DNA of 64,000 bases, from assembly GCA_043228905.1 (NCBI GenBank), contig JBHGNT010000005.1, positions 6,076,001-6,140,000 on the forward strand, given 5' to 3'. Of the stretch, positions 13,943 to 27,100 are shown one piece after another. How positions within the stretch are numbered: position 1 is the first letter of the stretch; each line of letters begins with the position of its first letter. A model generated the notes under the pieces. The model was not told the origin of the DNA. It searched no databases and was given only the letters and a program-made list of their open reading frames with translations. The translations under genes and the position numbers were made by a program. The stretch is from Azolla caroliniana (taxonomy: Eukaryota > Plantae > Polypodiophyta).

Positions 13943-14470
13943 AATATTGTCATGTCCATTTTTGAGCGGCAAGCTCAACCGGATCCGGATCGACTGAATA
14001 AGCCTGAGCTGGATCGACATCCGGAAGGATGAGCTGGATCGGTCAGCCGGTGAGCTGGGGAGCCGGTTAACCGGATCAAGTAGTAACCGGAAGCCTAGTA
14101 GCAGCATGGACTACTAGGTAGTTAATGTCTCGTAGTTAGTGTTAGACGCTCGTGTGAGCATTGAAGTACAATGTACTTCTATTAGTCCTCTTAGGACTAG
14201 TTGTATGAATAGTGTTGTTGAGCACGTTGGATGTACAGAGTTTGTGAGTTAATTTTGAATAGAGTTTTATGTTCTGCTCTTTCTTTGTCTCTCCCGCGTA
14301 CTGTGTATATTCAAGCTCTCCATTAAACCTGCATTTTTGTTTTCAGTTTTCTATTGCTTCCGCACACTATTCTTTTACATGGTATCAGAGCTCGAGGGCT
14401 GAGAACCTCTGCAGTTGAAGACAAACCCTAAGACTTGGTAAGAACAAAAAGAGAAGTGATGGACAGAGGA

Positions 14471-16850
14471 ATGGCTAGCTCGCTCCCGGTGGAGAAGCTC
14501 GACAGATCCAACTACGCATCTTGGTCAGACAAGATGCACCAGTACCTGCTTGGGCATGGTTACTGGAGTTATGTCGACGGAGTTAACAACATAGCACCTG
14601 ATGCGGCACACAAGGACTTCCCAGTGTGGGAACAAGCGGCAAGCAGAGTGAATCTGTATTGCTTTGCGTCCAGTGTTAGAGACCAGTTGTTGAGCCATGT
14701 CCGAGATGCCAAGACACCAAAAGAAGCTTAAGGAAACCTGAAGAAGGTTTTCGCGGCAAGCACTACGGCCCGGAAGCTGCAACTCCGACAGGAGTTGAAC
14801 AATGTCCGACAGAAGGAAATGTCAGGAGCCGATTACACGGCCCGAATCAAAGAGAACTATGACTCACTTGCCTCTATCAATGTCACTATAGAGGAAGATG
14901 GGATGGTGCAGATCTGTCTTGGGGGCCTAACGTCTAAGTTCAAAGCGTTTTGAATGGCGGTATGTACAAGGGAGAATACGTCGTCATTTTTCGACTTACA
15001 GTCGATGCTCCTTGTAGAGGAGAACAACGTCGGTGCATCAACAAGTGCACCCACCAATAGCTGGATGTTGTACACGGAGGCGGATTGGCCCCGTGGGCGT
15101 GGTGGATGAGGCGGGTCGGCCCTCAAGAGCAGGACTGAAGGCACAAAGAACGTGCCGACAGCAGTTCCGGACCCTCCACAAGCAGGGGGAGTCAAGGTGG
15201 CGTCGGAGGCTGGCAAGAAAGGGCCGACACGGAATGCTGGTACTGTGGTAAAAAGGGCCACAGAGAAAGTGAGCGCTAGAAGAAGCGCGCCGATTCGGCA
15301 AGGCTAACAGAGAGAACCGACAATACTTGCACTACGTAGAAGGATTGGGAGGATCCAAAACTGGAAAAGCCGGTAAAGGGCCAACCTTGGTGATGAAACA
15401 CGAGGCTAACTCGATGAAGAAGACCACTTCCAAATCGGAGGAAGTATGGTACGTTGATTTCGTGCGTCGAATCACATGACGAGCCACAAAGAGTGGTTCT
15501 CTTTCTTGGAGAAACCGGAACAACCGGGAGTCGTCGAAACCGGAGACGATACTCCTCACCCAATCGTACATGTCGGAGAAGTTCCTTTGAGCCACGTCGG
15601 ACAGAGGGGGAAGTTGATGAATGTGTTACACGTTCCAACCATCACGAAGAACTTGATGTCAGTTGATCAAATCGTTGACTAGGGGATGCAGGTGCGGTTT
15701 ACGCACCTTGGGTGCTTCATCGAGGAAGAGGACCAAATTATTGCGCAACGGCACAGAGATGGGAGGATGTTCATCCTCGACACCAATGACGTCAGCACCG
15801 CTTTTTTCGCCAAAGGAAAGAAGATTGAATCAAATATTGATCTCTGGTACAAGCGGATCGGCCACGTCAATTACCAGAGGCTTCAAGATCTGCAAACGAA
15901 ATAAGTTGATTTCAGTTTGCCGAAGTTCAGTGGCCAGAAGATCCAAATATGTGATGCCTGCCAACTCAGGAAGCAACACCGACTTCCATTCTCTACCAAA
16001 CGAAACCGTAGCCGTAACAAGCTCGACCTTATTCATTCGGATGTATGGGACTAACACAGGACGTTAGTCTTGGCGAGAGTCGATATTTCGTCTCCTTCAT
16101 CGACGATTACAGTTGGCACACATGGATCTACCTCATTGAGCGGAAGAGGGAAGTCTTCGAGTGTTTCCGGAACCTACAAAGACTGGTTGAACGGGAAACA
16201 GAGAGGAAGATCAAGTGCGTGCGGTGGGATGGCGGGAAAGAATACTTTTCCGGCCAATTCAACAGTTATCTATAGCAGAACGGAATTCGGAGAGAATTCA
16301 GCTGCACATACACACCGGAGCAAAACGGTGTGGCCGAAAGGAAGAACCGGTCGATTGTCGACGCAACAAGGGCAATGCTGGAGGAGAAGAGCATGCCCCA
16401 TTTCTACTGGGCTGAGCCGAATTTGAGACACCTTCGGATATTCGGTAGCATTGCATATGCGCATGTGCCGAATGAAAAGCGGAGGAAGTTGGATGCAAAG
16501 TTAGAGAAATGCATCCTGGTTGGTTACTCGCATGTCCAAGTCAGCCGGGATGTTGAGCGAAAGGGGTATAAGTGTTATAACCCCCAGACGAAGCAAGTCC
16601 GAGTCAGCCGGGATGTTGAGTTTGATGAGACGACATCATGGTATGCCTTATCGGCTCCGACTTCTGACCCCGACCCGATACCGGAGGATGAGGCTAGTGA
16701 GCCTGAACCGGTCCAGTTAGAAGATGAAGACCTCGGCACTCTAGAAGAGAGTCTGATCTCATTTCGGTTAAGTGGACCGAATGAGCGGATGAGTCGGGAT
16801 GACCAGTTGGATGAGGAACTGGCGAGTAATGGAGACTCTGCCGTGCTCTC
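14471..16850 (+). pseudogene. Outer copia gag-protease-integrase, disrupted
   Basis: ORF fragments 14435-14731, 15476-15682, 15686-15904, 16045-16275 and 16330-16850, separated by premature stops and frameshifts; cut by the inner element at 16851. Confidence 0.9.
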
Positions 16851-17117
16851 TGTTAGGAAACAGGTCCCTCTGGATGGCGCAGACCCGGTGAGAATCGGAT
16901 AAAGAGTACCCGGCAAGCGCCGAATGATGCAGGCCCGGTGAAGAGTGCTCACCGGATGAAGGGACATATTCGTAAATATGTTTTTGAGAGTCCATCGGGG
17001 CTATATTTGTAAATAGCCGAAAAGTCATTTTAGTATAAATATGACTTAGGGCAAACTGTTGTTTATGTCTGTGATGTTGTTGTTATTGTTGGCGCAAGAT
17101 TAGAGCGCGCAACTGTG

Positions 17118-17169
<52 letters not shown>

Positions 17170-20100
17170 GAGGTCGTTGCTTGTGTTGTAACCGCCGCCT
17201 GTGGCGAAGATAGAAAGCTCGAGGTCGTTGCCTCAGTGCTTTACCATTTTGTACATTCTGACATAGTGATAGTTTGCAGTCTGTGGGCTGCCGTGGTTTT
17301 TCCCGTATTTGGGTTTTTCCACGTAAACATCCTGTGTACTCTTCTCCTCACTATGTCGTACCTTCTTTCCCCGTTTTTCTATGTTTTATGATTCTAAGCT
17401 CGGTTGTCGCCGAGCGTTGTTCATCGGGAGCGTGTGTTCCTGACAAAGTGGTATTAGAGCAAAACGACACAGAAAATGGACGATTCGTTGGGAGGCATGT
17501 TCAAGCTCACCAGCTCCAACTATTTGGTGTGGAAGTCGAAGATGAGGGACATGCTCGTGGTTAAAGATCTTTGGTTGCCGGTTCAGTTCGGGGACAAGAG
17601 ACTAGACAAAATTGACACCACAATATGGGAGGTGATGCACATGAAGACAACGGCGTACATACGGTGCTTCATCGACATGAGCCTATACAACAACTTCAAT
17701 GAAGAGAGCAAGGCTCATGAGCTCTGGGAGAAGATCGGCATTATGTTTCAAAACAAAAATGTTGTTAATCAGGTTTCGGTATTCTGGAAGCTAGTAAGAC
17801 TCTGGTACCAAGATGGCTGCAGCATGGCGGAGCACATGAATGCCTTCCAGGGGCTGATCCACCAGGCAACATCATTGGAAGAACCTCTCGCCGATGAGGT
17901 ACTAGCGCTACTCCTGCTCGGTTCCCTCCCAGATAGTTGGGAGACATTGGTTGTCACCTTGGGCAACGCCGGGCCAGAAGGGAAACGGTTATCCCTAGCA
18001 AGAGTAAAGTCGAGCTTGCTAGATGAGGAGACACGTCGGAAAGATAAGGATACGAGCTCCGACTCCAAAGCGCTCCTTACCGTTTCGGAACGCAGAAGAC
18101 AAAGGAACGGTAGTCCCCAGAACCGGGAGAAGTCGGGGACACGGTAAAGTCAAGGGGGAGGCCTACTTGCTTCTATTGCGGCAAGCCGGGACACTTCCAG
18201 AAGAACTGTTGGCATTTCCGGAAAGACAAGGAAACCGACGGTACCGATTCGAAGCGGACATCGGACTGGAACAGTAAAGACTGGAGGGGGCCGGACCGGA
18301 AGGGAACGACGACAATCGCAGCAAGTGAAGAAGAGTTGATGCTCATCACCGAGGAGAGTGAGAAAAACCTTGCCGGCGACGAGATGACCTAGGTGGTCGA
18401 CTCCGGAGCGTCGTTCCACCTTACCCCGGACTGGAAATGCTTCTCATCCTACTCAGCCGGTGATCATGGTTGTGTCCGAATGGGGAATGAAGGTACATGC
18501 CGAATTGTCGGCATAGGAGACATGTGGTTGACAACACCAACCGCATGCAAGATGCTGCTGAAGGATGTCTGACACGTTCCGGAGGTTCGTCTGAACCTGA
18601 TATCAGTCGGTTGGCTAGAGGATAAAGGCTACACGGGTAGCATCCGGAACGGTGTTATGAAGTTTAGCAAAGGGAGCCTGACTGTGGCTCAGGCCCGGAA
18701 GGTAAACACGTTGTACCTGATGAATGCCCGGTTATGTCCGGAGGAAGTGAACGTGGCATCCGACACTGCCGGTGAGCTGTGGCATAAAAGGTTGTGTCAC
18801 ATGAGCGAGAAGGGGATGAAGAGGCTTGCAGACGACAACCTCATTCTAGTGAAGAACATGCACTTGGAGAAGTGCACTGATTGTTTGGCTGGTAAGCAAA
18901 ACTGGACCTCCTTCTGACCAAGGCCACCGATGAAACGTAATGCACCACTGGAGTTGGTGCATACTAATGCGTGTCAAGTGGACACAAAGTCACATGCAAG
19001 ATCACAGTACTTCGTGACGTTCATAGATGACCACAACTGGAAGCTGTGGGCCACACCATTGAAGACAAAGGATCAGGTGCTATCCGTCTTCAAAGAGCTT
19101 CACGTGAGAGTGGAAAGAGAAACCGGTCGGAAGCTAAAGGTGGTTCGAGTAGATAACGGAGGTGAATACCGGGGGCAGTTTGAGGAGTACTGTCGCTCGA
19201 AGGGAATCCAGCTCGAATTTATCGTGCCGAAGACGCCGGAACTAAACGGGCTGGCCGAGAGGATGAACCGAACCATAATGGAGAGGGTCCGGAGTATGCT
19301 GGCGCATGCAAAACTACCCAAGAAGTTTTGGGCTGAGGCACTGTCGACGGCGACATATGTGATAAACAGATCACCCTCAGTACCCTTGGACGGAGACACG
19401 CCACAGAGAGTCTGGACCGGTAAGGAAGTGTCCTACCGGCATCTGAAGGTATTCGGGTGTCTCGCGTACGTGCATGTAGCTAAGGACCGGAGAGGAAAGT
19501 TAGATCCAAATACCCGGACATGCATATTCCTCGGTTACGATGACGATGAGTTCGGCTACCGAGTGTGGACCTGGTCGACAAGAAGGTATTCCGGAGTCGA
19601 GATATTATCTTCATGGAGGACAAGACGCTCGCCGACTAGGAGTCGGAGAAGAAGATAATGAACACTGAGTCAACCGGTAAGGATCGATTCTACGATGAGT
19701 AGACCCAACCGGCAAGAGACCGGTTAGCACTCAAGGAACCAGCTGGTTACGGTGAGGATACCGAATCGGCTGAAGAAGAAGTAGAGGAAGCTGAAACTGG
19801 AACCGGCCAAGACCCAGAATCGGATTCGGATGAAGAGCAAATGGAGGAGCCGGTTACCGAAGCCCAGACACGGAGATATCCTCTCAGAGAGAGAAGGGCC
19901 CCCCGGAGATTTCCGGATGCAGAGCATGTGCTGCTAACCGATGAGGGGGAGCCAGAAAGCTTCGAAGAAGCGAAGGATGACACCCACAACCGCAAATGGT
20001 TAAGTGCCATGCAGGATGAGATGGATTCCCTGCATGCGAACCATACGTACGAATTGGTGGAGTTGCCGAAAGGAAAGTGGGCACTCTGAAAAAGTGGGTG

Positions 20101-22178
20101 TACAAGTTGAAACCGGGAGATGCCGGCAACCCCCCGAGATACAAAGCCAGGATCGTGGTGAAGGGGTTCCAGCAGAAGAAGGGCGTGGACTTCGACGAGA
20201 TATTTGCCCCGGTAGTAAAGATGACCTCCATCCGGACGGTGCTGAGTATAGCGGCAAGCATGGACCTCGAGGTAGAGCAGCTGGACGTGAAGACGACATT
20301 TCTTCACGGTGACCTCGAAGAGGAGATCTACATGCAGCAATCAGAAGGATTCGTGGAGAAAGGGAAGGAGCACCTGGTATGTCGGTTGAAGAAGAGCATG
20401 TACGGACTGAAGCAGGCTCCCCGACAATGGTACTGGAAGTTCGACTCCTTCATGACTGATCAAGGGTACCACAAGACGTAGGCCGATCACTGCGTGTTTG
20501 TGAAGAAGTTCGAAGGAGGCGACTTCATGATACTCCTTCTGTACGTGGACGGCATGTTGATCGTCGAACGAGACCAAGCCAAAATACGGATGCTGAAGAA
20601 GGCTCTCAACCGGACCTTCTCAATGAAAGACTTGGGTCCGGCAAGACAAATGCTGGGGATGCATATCATCCGGAACCGGCCAACTAAGCAATTGTGGCTG
20701 TCACAGGAGAAACACGTGACAAAGGTGCTTCAGCGGTTCAACATGTTAGAAGCAAAACCAGTCGGATTGACACTCCCAGCAAACTGCAGATTATCCAGTA
20801 AGCAAAGCCCAAAGACGAAAGCAGAGAAGGCTGATATGATGAAGGTTCCATATGCCTCTGTTGTCGGGAGCTTGATGTATGCAATGGTGTGTACTCGATC
20901 GGATATAGGCTACGCCCTCGAAGTGGTGAGCCGGTTTATGAGCAATCCCGGCAAGGAGCACTAGAACGCGGTCAAATGGATACTCCGGTACTTGAAGGGC
21001 ACTTCAAATATGTGTCTCCGATTCGGTTCTGACAAACCTCAACTTGACGGTTTTACCGATTCAGACATGTCAGCTGATGTGGATACCAGCCGGTCTACAT
21101 CCGGGTATGTCGAGGGGGAGCTGTTTCGTGGCAGTCGAGGCTGCAGAAGACGGTTGCGCTGTCAACCACGGAAGTGGAGTACATGGCGGCTGTGGAAGCC
21201 GGCAAGGAAATATTATGGATGAAGGACTTCATCGGAGAGCTCGGTATCCGGCAAGATGTATATCGGCTCTACTGTGACAGTCAAAGTGCCATCCACCTTG
21301 CCAAGAATGCGGCCTACCATTCCCGGACAAAGCATATCCAGCGAAGGTATCACTGGATCCGGGAAAGAGTAGATGACCAGGAGTTTGCTCTGACGAAGAT
21401 CCACACGACCGAGAACGGGTCAGATATGCTGCCCAAAGTACTGACACCTGACAAGCTGGATGCATGTCGGAAGCGGGTCGGACTAGTAAGACATCCCATG
21501 CCGGAGTGAAGGGGGAGTTTGTTAGGAAACAGGTCCCTCCGGATGGTGCAGACCCGGTGAGAACCAAATGAAGAGTACCCGGCTACGGAGAGCCGGATGG
21601 TGCAGACCCGATGAGAACCAGATAAAGAGTACCCGGCTACGGATGATCCGGTGAGAACCGGATGACAAGTACCTGGCAAGCACCGGATGATGCAAGCCCG
21701 GTGAAGAGTGCTCACCGGATGAAGGGACATATTCGTAAATATGTTTTTGAGAGTCCATCGGGGCTATATTTGAATAGCCGAAAAGTCATTTTAGTATAAA
21801 TATGACTTAGGGCAAATTGTTGTTTATGTCTGTGATGTTGTTGTTATTGTTGGTGCAAGATTAGAGCACGCAACTGTGTACAGAGAGAGAGAGAGAGAGG
21901 AAGAGGTCGTTGCTTGTGTTGTAACCGCTGCCTGTGGCGAAGATAGAAAGCTCGAGGTCGTTGCCTCGGTGCTTTACCATTTTGTACATTCTGACATAGT
22001 GATAGTTTGCAGTCTGTGGGCTGCTGTAGTTTTTCCCGTATTTGGGTTTTTACACGTAAACATCCTGTGTACTCTTCTCCTCACTATGTCGTACCTTCTT
22101 TCCCCGTTTTTCTATGTTTTATGATTCTAAGCTCGGTTGTGGCCGAGCGTTGTTCATCGGGAACGTGTGTTCCTGACA
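16851..22178 (+). mobile_element. Ty1/copia LTR retrotransposon (inner, nested; Tnt1/Tork-like), decayed
   Basis: 5' LTR 16851-17445 and 3' LTR 21520-22178 (TGTTAGG..CCTGACA). TSD CTCTC at 16846-16850 and 22179-22183. PBS TGGTATTAGAGC at 17449-17460; PPT GAAGGGGGAG at ~21508-21517. Gag 17476-18147, knuckle CFYCGKPGHFQKNC, integrase TPELNGLAERMNRT, RT YASVVGSLMYAMVCTR, RH RTKHIQRRYHWIRE. RT YVDD is mutated to YVDG. Confidence 0.97.
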
Positions 22179-22183
22179 CTCTC

Positions 22184-24112
22184 CCCGCGCAAGGAACCGA
22201 GGAAACGGTTCACGCGCAAAGAGAATGGGAAGAAGAAGATGCCGAAATACGAAACCGGCAACGTTGAGTCGGATCGGAGCAAATCTGACTCCAAAAAAGA
22301 AGAAGGTCGATCTTTGGTAATGAAGACCGAACCGGCCAAAAAGGGCCTCAAACCGGGTAACGATAAGTTACGTCGGTCTTCCTGCTAGAAAAACCCCGTG
22401 AAGCGCTATGGGTACAATGAGTACAGGGCGCATCATTATGCGTACATGACCAGGGTGGCAGAAGTGCGTGAGTCGGAGAGCTACACAGAAGCGACAAAGG
22501 ACGCAAATTGGCGTGCCACTATGGAGGGAGAAATGCGGGCACTTGATGCCAACGACACATGGGATCTAGTCGACCCTCCCTGACACTATAAACTGATTGG
22601 ATGTAAGTGGGTGTATAAGGTAAAGTACAATACTGACGGTTCTGTTAACCGGTACAAGGCCCGTTTAGTGGCGAAGGGATACGCGCAGACCCATGGAATT
22701 GACTACGACGAGACCTTCGCTCCAGTAGCGAAGATGACGACGGTTCGTGTGGTGCTGGTGGTTGCAGTGGCAAGGGGGTGGCATCTTCACCAAATGGACG
22801 TGAAGAATGCATTTCTTCAAGGCGATCTTGAAGAAGAGGTTTTTATGACCCAACCCCCCGGTTTCTTGTCGGAGATGAACAAGTCGGTTGTTTGCCGGCT
22901 GAAGAAGTCACTTTATGGCCTGAAGCAAGCCCCCCGAGCTTGGAATGCGAAAATCACGCACCGATTGCGTAAGATGGGGTTTGCGGCCTCCAAGTCCAAC
23001 TCTTCGTTGTTCATCCGGCAAGGTCCGGATGGTCCGGTTTGCATCTTGCTATATGTTGATGATCTAGTCATCACCAGACTCAGACTTGATGAAATCAACC
23101 GAGTCAAGTCCCAGCTTTCGGACGCATTTGAGATGAAGGAATTGGGGGACCTTCATTATTTCCTTGGGATCGAGGTGATCCGAACCCCCGATGGCATATT
23201 GCTCTCACAAATACACTATGTGTTGAATATGTTGTACAAGTTCGACATGACGGAATGCCGACCGATCTCCACACCCCTGGACCGAAACCCCGTCCCGACT
23301 CCGGACCGGCCTGCGATGAGAAGCGGTTCCGACAAATCATTGGAAGCCTCATATATTGGACAATCAACCCGACGTGACATCAATTATCTGGTCGGCGTGA
23401 TCAACCATTATATGCAGAAGTCGACCGTGGAGCACCTTCTGTGCGCGCATCGAATTTTGCGATATGTGAGCGACACGAAGGAACGAGGACTGTTATACTG
23501 GCATGGTATAATCGAAGAGCTAGTCGGCTACACCGATGCCGACTGGCCGACGATGCATCGGATCGCCGATCCACTTGTGGCTATATGTTTTCCCTTGGTA
23601 GTGCAGTTGTTGCGTGGAGCAACAAAAAGCAGCCAACAATGGCCCTTTCGAGCACTGAGGCTGAATATCGGGGCGCTACCGTTGCCACCTGTGAAGCCAT
23701 TTGGCTTCGGCGACTGCTGCAAGACGTACGAATTGAGGTGCTAACCCCGATCCTGATCTATTGCGACAACATAAGTAGCATGCAGCTCGCTAAGAACCCC
23801 GTATTCCATGCTCGCACAAAGCACATCGAAGTGCACTACCACTTCGTGCGTGAGCGCGTCCTAAGCAGTGAAGTCGAACTTCGGTATGTTCATACAGATC
23901 GGCAAGTTGCCGACATCTTCACCAAACCGCTCGGATCGGACAAGTTGCAACACTTCACCGAAATGCTTGGTGTTCAGCATCTCGATGTGCCACACTTGAG
24001 GGGGAGAACAAGCAAAGACATCGGAACGGGCAAAGGCAAAGAAATTGCCGACTACGTCGGTGAGGGAAGAACCGACAAAGGGAGAGACAAGAAGAAGAAA
24101 AGAACCAAGTAG
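22184..24112 (+). pseudogene. Outer copia RT-RNase H, frameshifted
   Basis: ORFs 22611-23744 (RT) and 23441-24112 (RNase H) lie in different frames. Confidence 0.9.
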
Positions 24113-27100
24113 ACAAAGGAAGTTGACACATCCGAACAAGTCGGAACAAGTGGCAACGGCGGCAAAGTCAAGAAGGACAGAGCCGACCGGAAGAAGAAGG
24201 CCAAGACCTGGACATGGTCCGATGTGGTGAAGGGCTTGGAATTGGAAGACGAATCGGGAGCGACCGATTTAGACAAGAGTTGGAACGAGTCGGAGACAGT
24301 CGATTTAGTTCAACAGACGGATTCAGAAGATTCGGATCAACTAATGGCCAAGCAGACGAGAAGGCAGTGGAAGTTGACGCCAACACGAAGGAACCGATTG
24401 GTCGACAAGTGCCAGAGTCACAACAACAAGGGAGCTGAATTGGGCCTGCTGAGCAGACATGCCAACCGAGGAGGTCGAGACGCGTAGAACTAGAGGGGTC
24501 GCAACAAATGGGATCAGACCGGATGAGGAGCGCGAGTGAGGCGGAGTGACGCCAGAAGGAGCCGGGTGGAAGGACCGGCTGCCATGGAGACTTACACTAC
24601 GATCCGACCTCAAGTTGAGCTTGAGGGGGAGTGTTGAGCGAGAAGCTCAACCGGATCCGGATCGGCATCCAGAAGGATGAGCTGGATCGGTGAGCTGGGG
24701 AGCCGGTTAGCCGGATCAAGCAGTAACCGGAAGCCTAGTAGCAGCATGGACTACTAGGTAGTTAATGTCTCATAGTTAGTGTTAGACGCTCGTGTGAGCA
24801 TTGAAGTACACTATACTTCTGTTAATCCTCTTAGGACTTGTATGAATAGTGATGTTGAGCACGTTGGATGTACAGAGTTTGTGAGTTAATTTTGAATAGA
24901 GTTTTATGTTATGCTCTTTCTCAATCTCTCCCGCGTACTGTGTATATTCAAGCTCTCCATTAAACCTGCGTTTCTGTTTTCGGTTTTCTATTGCTTCCGC
25001 ACGTTATTCTTTTACATCCATCAAATTGATGCCACTTCACCTCCATGTTTGCCTCTCAAAAGTGGTGCCGCAGTTCATACCCTCAAAGTTTAGCTAATAT
25101 AAAGTGGATCCTTGAGGAATTAGATGAAACCCGTCGAGCAATAGCCCAAACAGGACAAACGATGATAACAAACAATGTTCCATGATATGATAACAAACTT
25201 GGTGAAATGCTCTATGAAATCGATTGGATGAGCACATTATATAGATGAGCTCAAGAGTGAAGAAGAGATCGTGCTCGTAGCGAGGCTTTTGTCATGATAT
25301 ATTTCTGCCAAATTCCAAGTAGATTCCCACCTCCTCCCTATGAATGTTGCCAATAATAATTCTCTCAATTTCAGTAGAAAACTTGACTCCATCAATAGGT
25401 GTCAAATCATTATCTTACAAAATAGCACTTTTTCACTGGGTCTTTATTGGACAAATTGTGCCCCCCCAAAAACAAGTGCCTTTTGTAGGGACGCAGGGTT
25501 GCGTTTGAGGATATATCAAGCCATAAAGAGCAACATCTACAAGCCCAAGAGGTATTGGTAATCCATGCCCAAACAAGTGCTTCATGAATGTGAACTCAAA
25601 ACTTATGAGCTTCTCATCCTTTAAGTGTCTTTTTAGAGTTTTTGTATTGTGGAGACATGAAGAAGTTCCCATGTGCCTATTTTGCATGACCTAATTCGCG
25701 CTGAATGAATAACTCTTGGTCTAAAAGCAACAACGATAAGCACTACCATATGACATATTGGTTGATAGAAGATCCAATCGTGATACAATGAATCAAGCTT
25801 GATGCACCTCTTAAATAATATGAGAACTTTAGAACGCACCTCATGAAGGCAATGTTACAATTATGAGAACATACCTCAAGACAACACGATTGTGGTCATA
25901 ACAAAGGTATGACAAGAAAGAGTGGATGCGAAGCAAACACCACGATAGAGTTCCCTTTGGCCATACTATGAAAAGTTTCATTAAAATGGGTACAAAAGAT
26001 GTAAAGGAGGAGCACCACCACATGGCATCAAGATCCATATGAATACTCTCTATAACTTGTTGAGACAACTACACACATGCACACAAGAATGCATTGAAGG
26101 TTAGTGTCACCAAATGCCTTCTCTATATATATAATCCATCATCTTTGTTATGCATAGTTGTTAATTGGCCCTCGTGAAACGTACAAATATAATGTGTATT
26201 ATGGTGTCATGAGTTATGACATAATTTTGACATTGTAATATAGCACGATATATGTGAAATGGTACAAATATCATTTCTAAAACAATAGTTCAAGCTCCCC
26301 CAAAACCTATAAATTTTTGACACAAGGTTGGCATTGTTTTGGACTCCACAATGATGTGTAACACATTATTGTACCTCATGGATTGGTTAACTTATATATT
26401 TATTGATGAAACTTGGGATATTGCAAAAATTCTTGCTAATGCTCAAGCTCTTGTAGCAAAGTTTCCCCTTACATATCTTGATAAGACAACTATAATTTCA
26501 TGCTTCGGAACTTGTGGAACTCATCACGGGATAAGAGGGAACATAGTGCCATGATCGGAGGAGGTTCTATACATCACTTGGGACTTGAGCCTATGATCAT
26601 CTTTATACTTATCTATACTTCAGTCAAAATTGATCTCACATCTTGCACATTAGCTAAGTGGTGAGCACACATCAAGGCTAGGTAGCATGTTTTGGATGTG
26701 AGATTCCTCATATGCAAGGCATTCGAAAATGACATTTAAGAAAAAAGAAAAAGAAAAATTCTCCATTGGTATTAAAAGAGTCCACTATTACAATGAATAT
26801 TGCATGTCAATGTGGTTGCATCAAGCGTTAGACCTGATTTCAACATACCAAATTTGTTTACTTTTTTGGGCACAAAAATGGGTTTGTGAATTAGATTCTA
26901 GAGACCATCCCTTTGTTCACAATCTGCATCACACCGTTGCTTAAATATGACTTATTTGACATTCTCTTCCATGTGATACGAGGCATTGGGGAATAGGTGA
27001 ACAAACCGAGCGACTATGGATATATATATTTTTTCTAAACAAGATATCCTTCCATTAGTTTTAAAAAGCACATGTGCTACAAAATACAACCCACTTATTT

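Larger units (their letters stand above)
13960..25016 (+). mobile_element. Ty1/copia LTR retrotransposon (outer, full-length, decayed)
   Basis: 5' LTR 13960-14379 (start TG mutated to TT) and 3' LTR 24632-25016 (TG..CA). TSD TCCAT at 13955-13959 and 25017-25021. PBS TGGTATCAGAGC (tRNA-iMet) at 14380-14391; PPT TTGAGGGGGAG before the 3' LTR. Domain order gag (LDRSNYASW; CWYCGKKGH knuckle), protease, integrase (FIDD, TPEQNG), RT (YKARLVAKG, YVDD), RNase H (KHIEVHYHFVRE). Many stops and frameshifts. Confidence 0.97.

Noticed and set aside
19747-20340. 197-aa antisense ORF in the inner copia, and similar antisense ORFs
   Set aside because: Shadow frames of GC-rich pol sequence with no independent evidence.
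25300-26100. Possible decayed retroelement coding sequence (WTNCAPPKTSAF; KHLFGHG on the other strand)
   Set aside because: The motifs are too short and conflict in strand.
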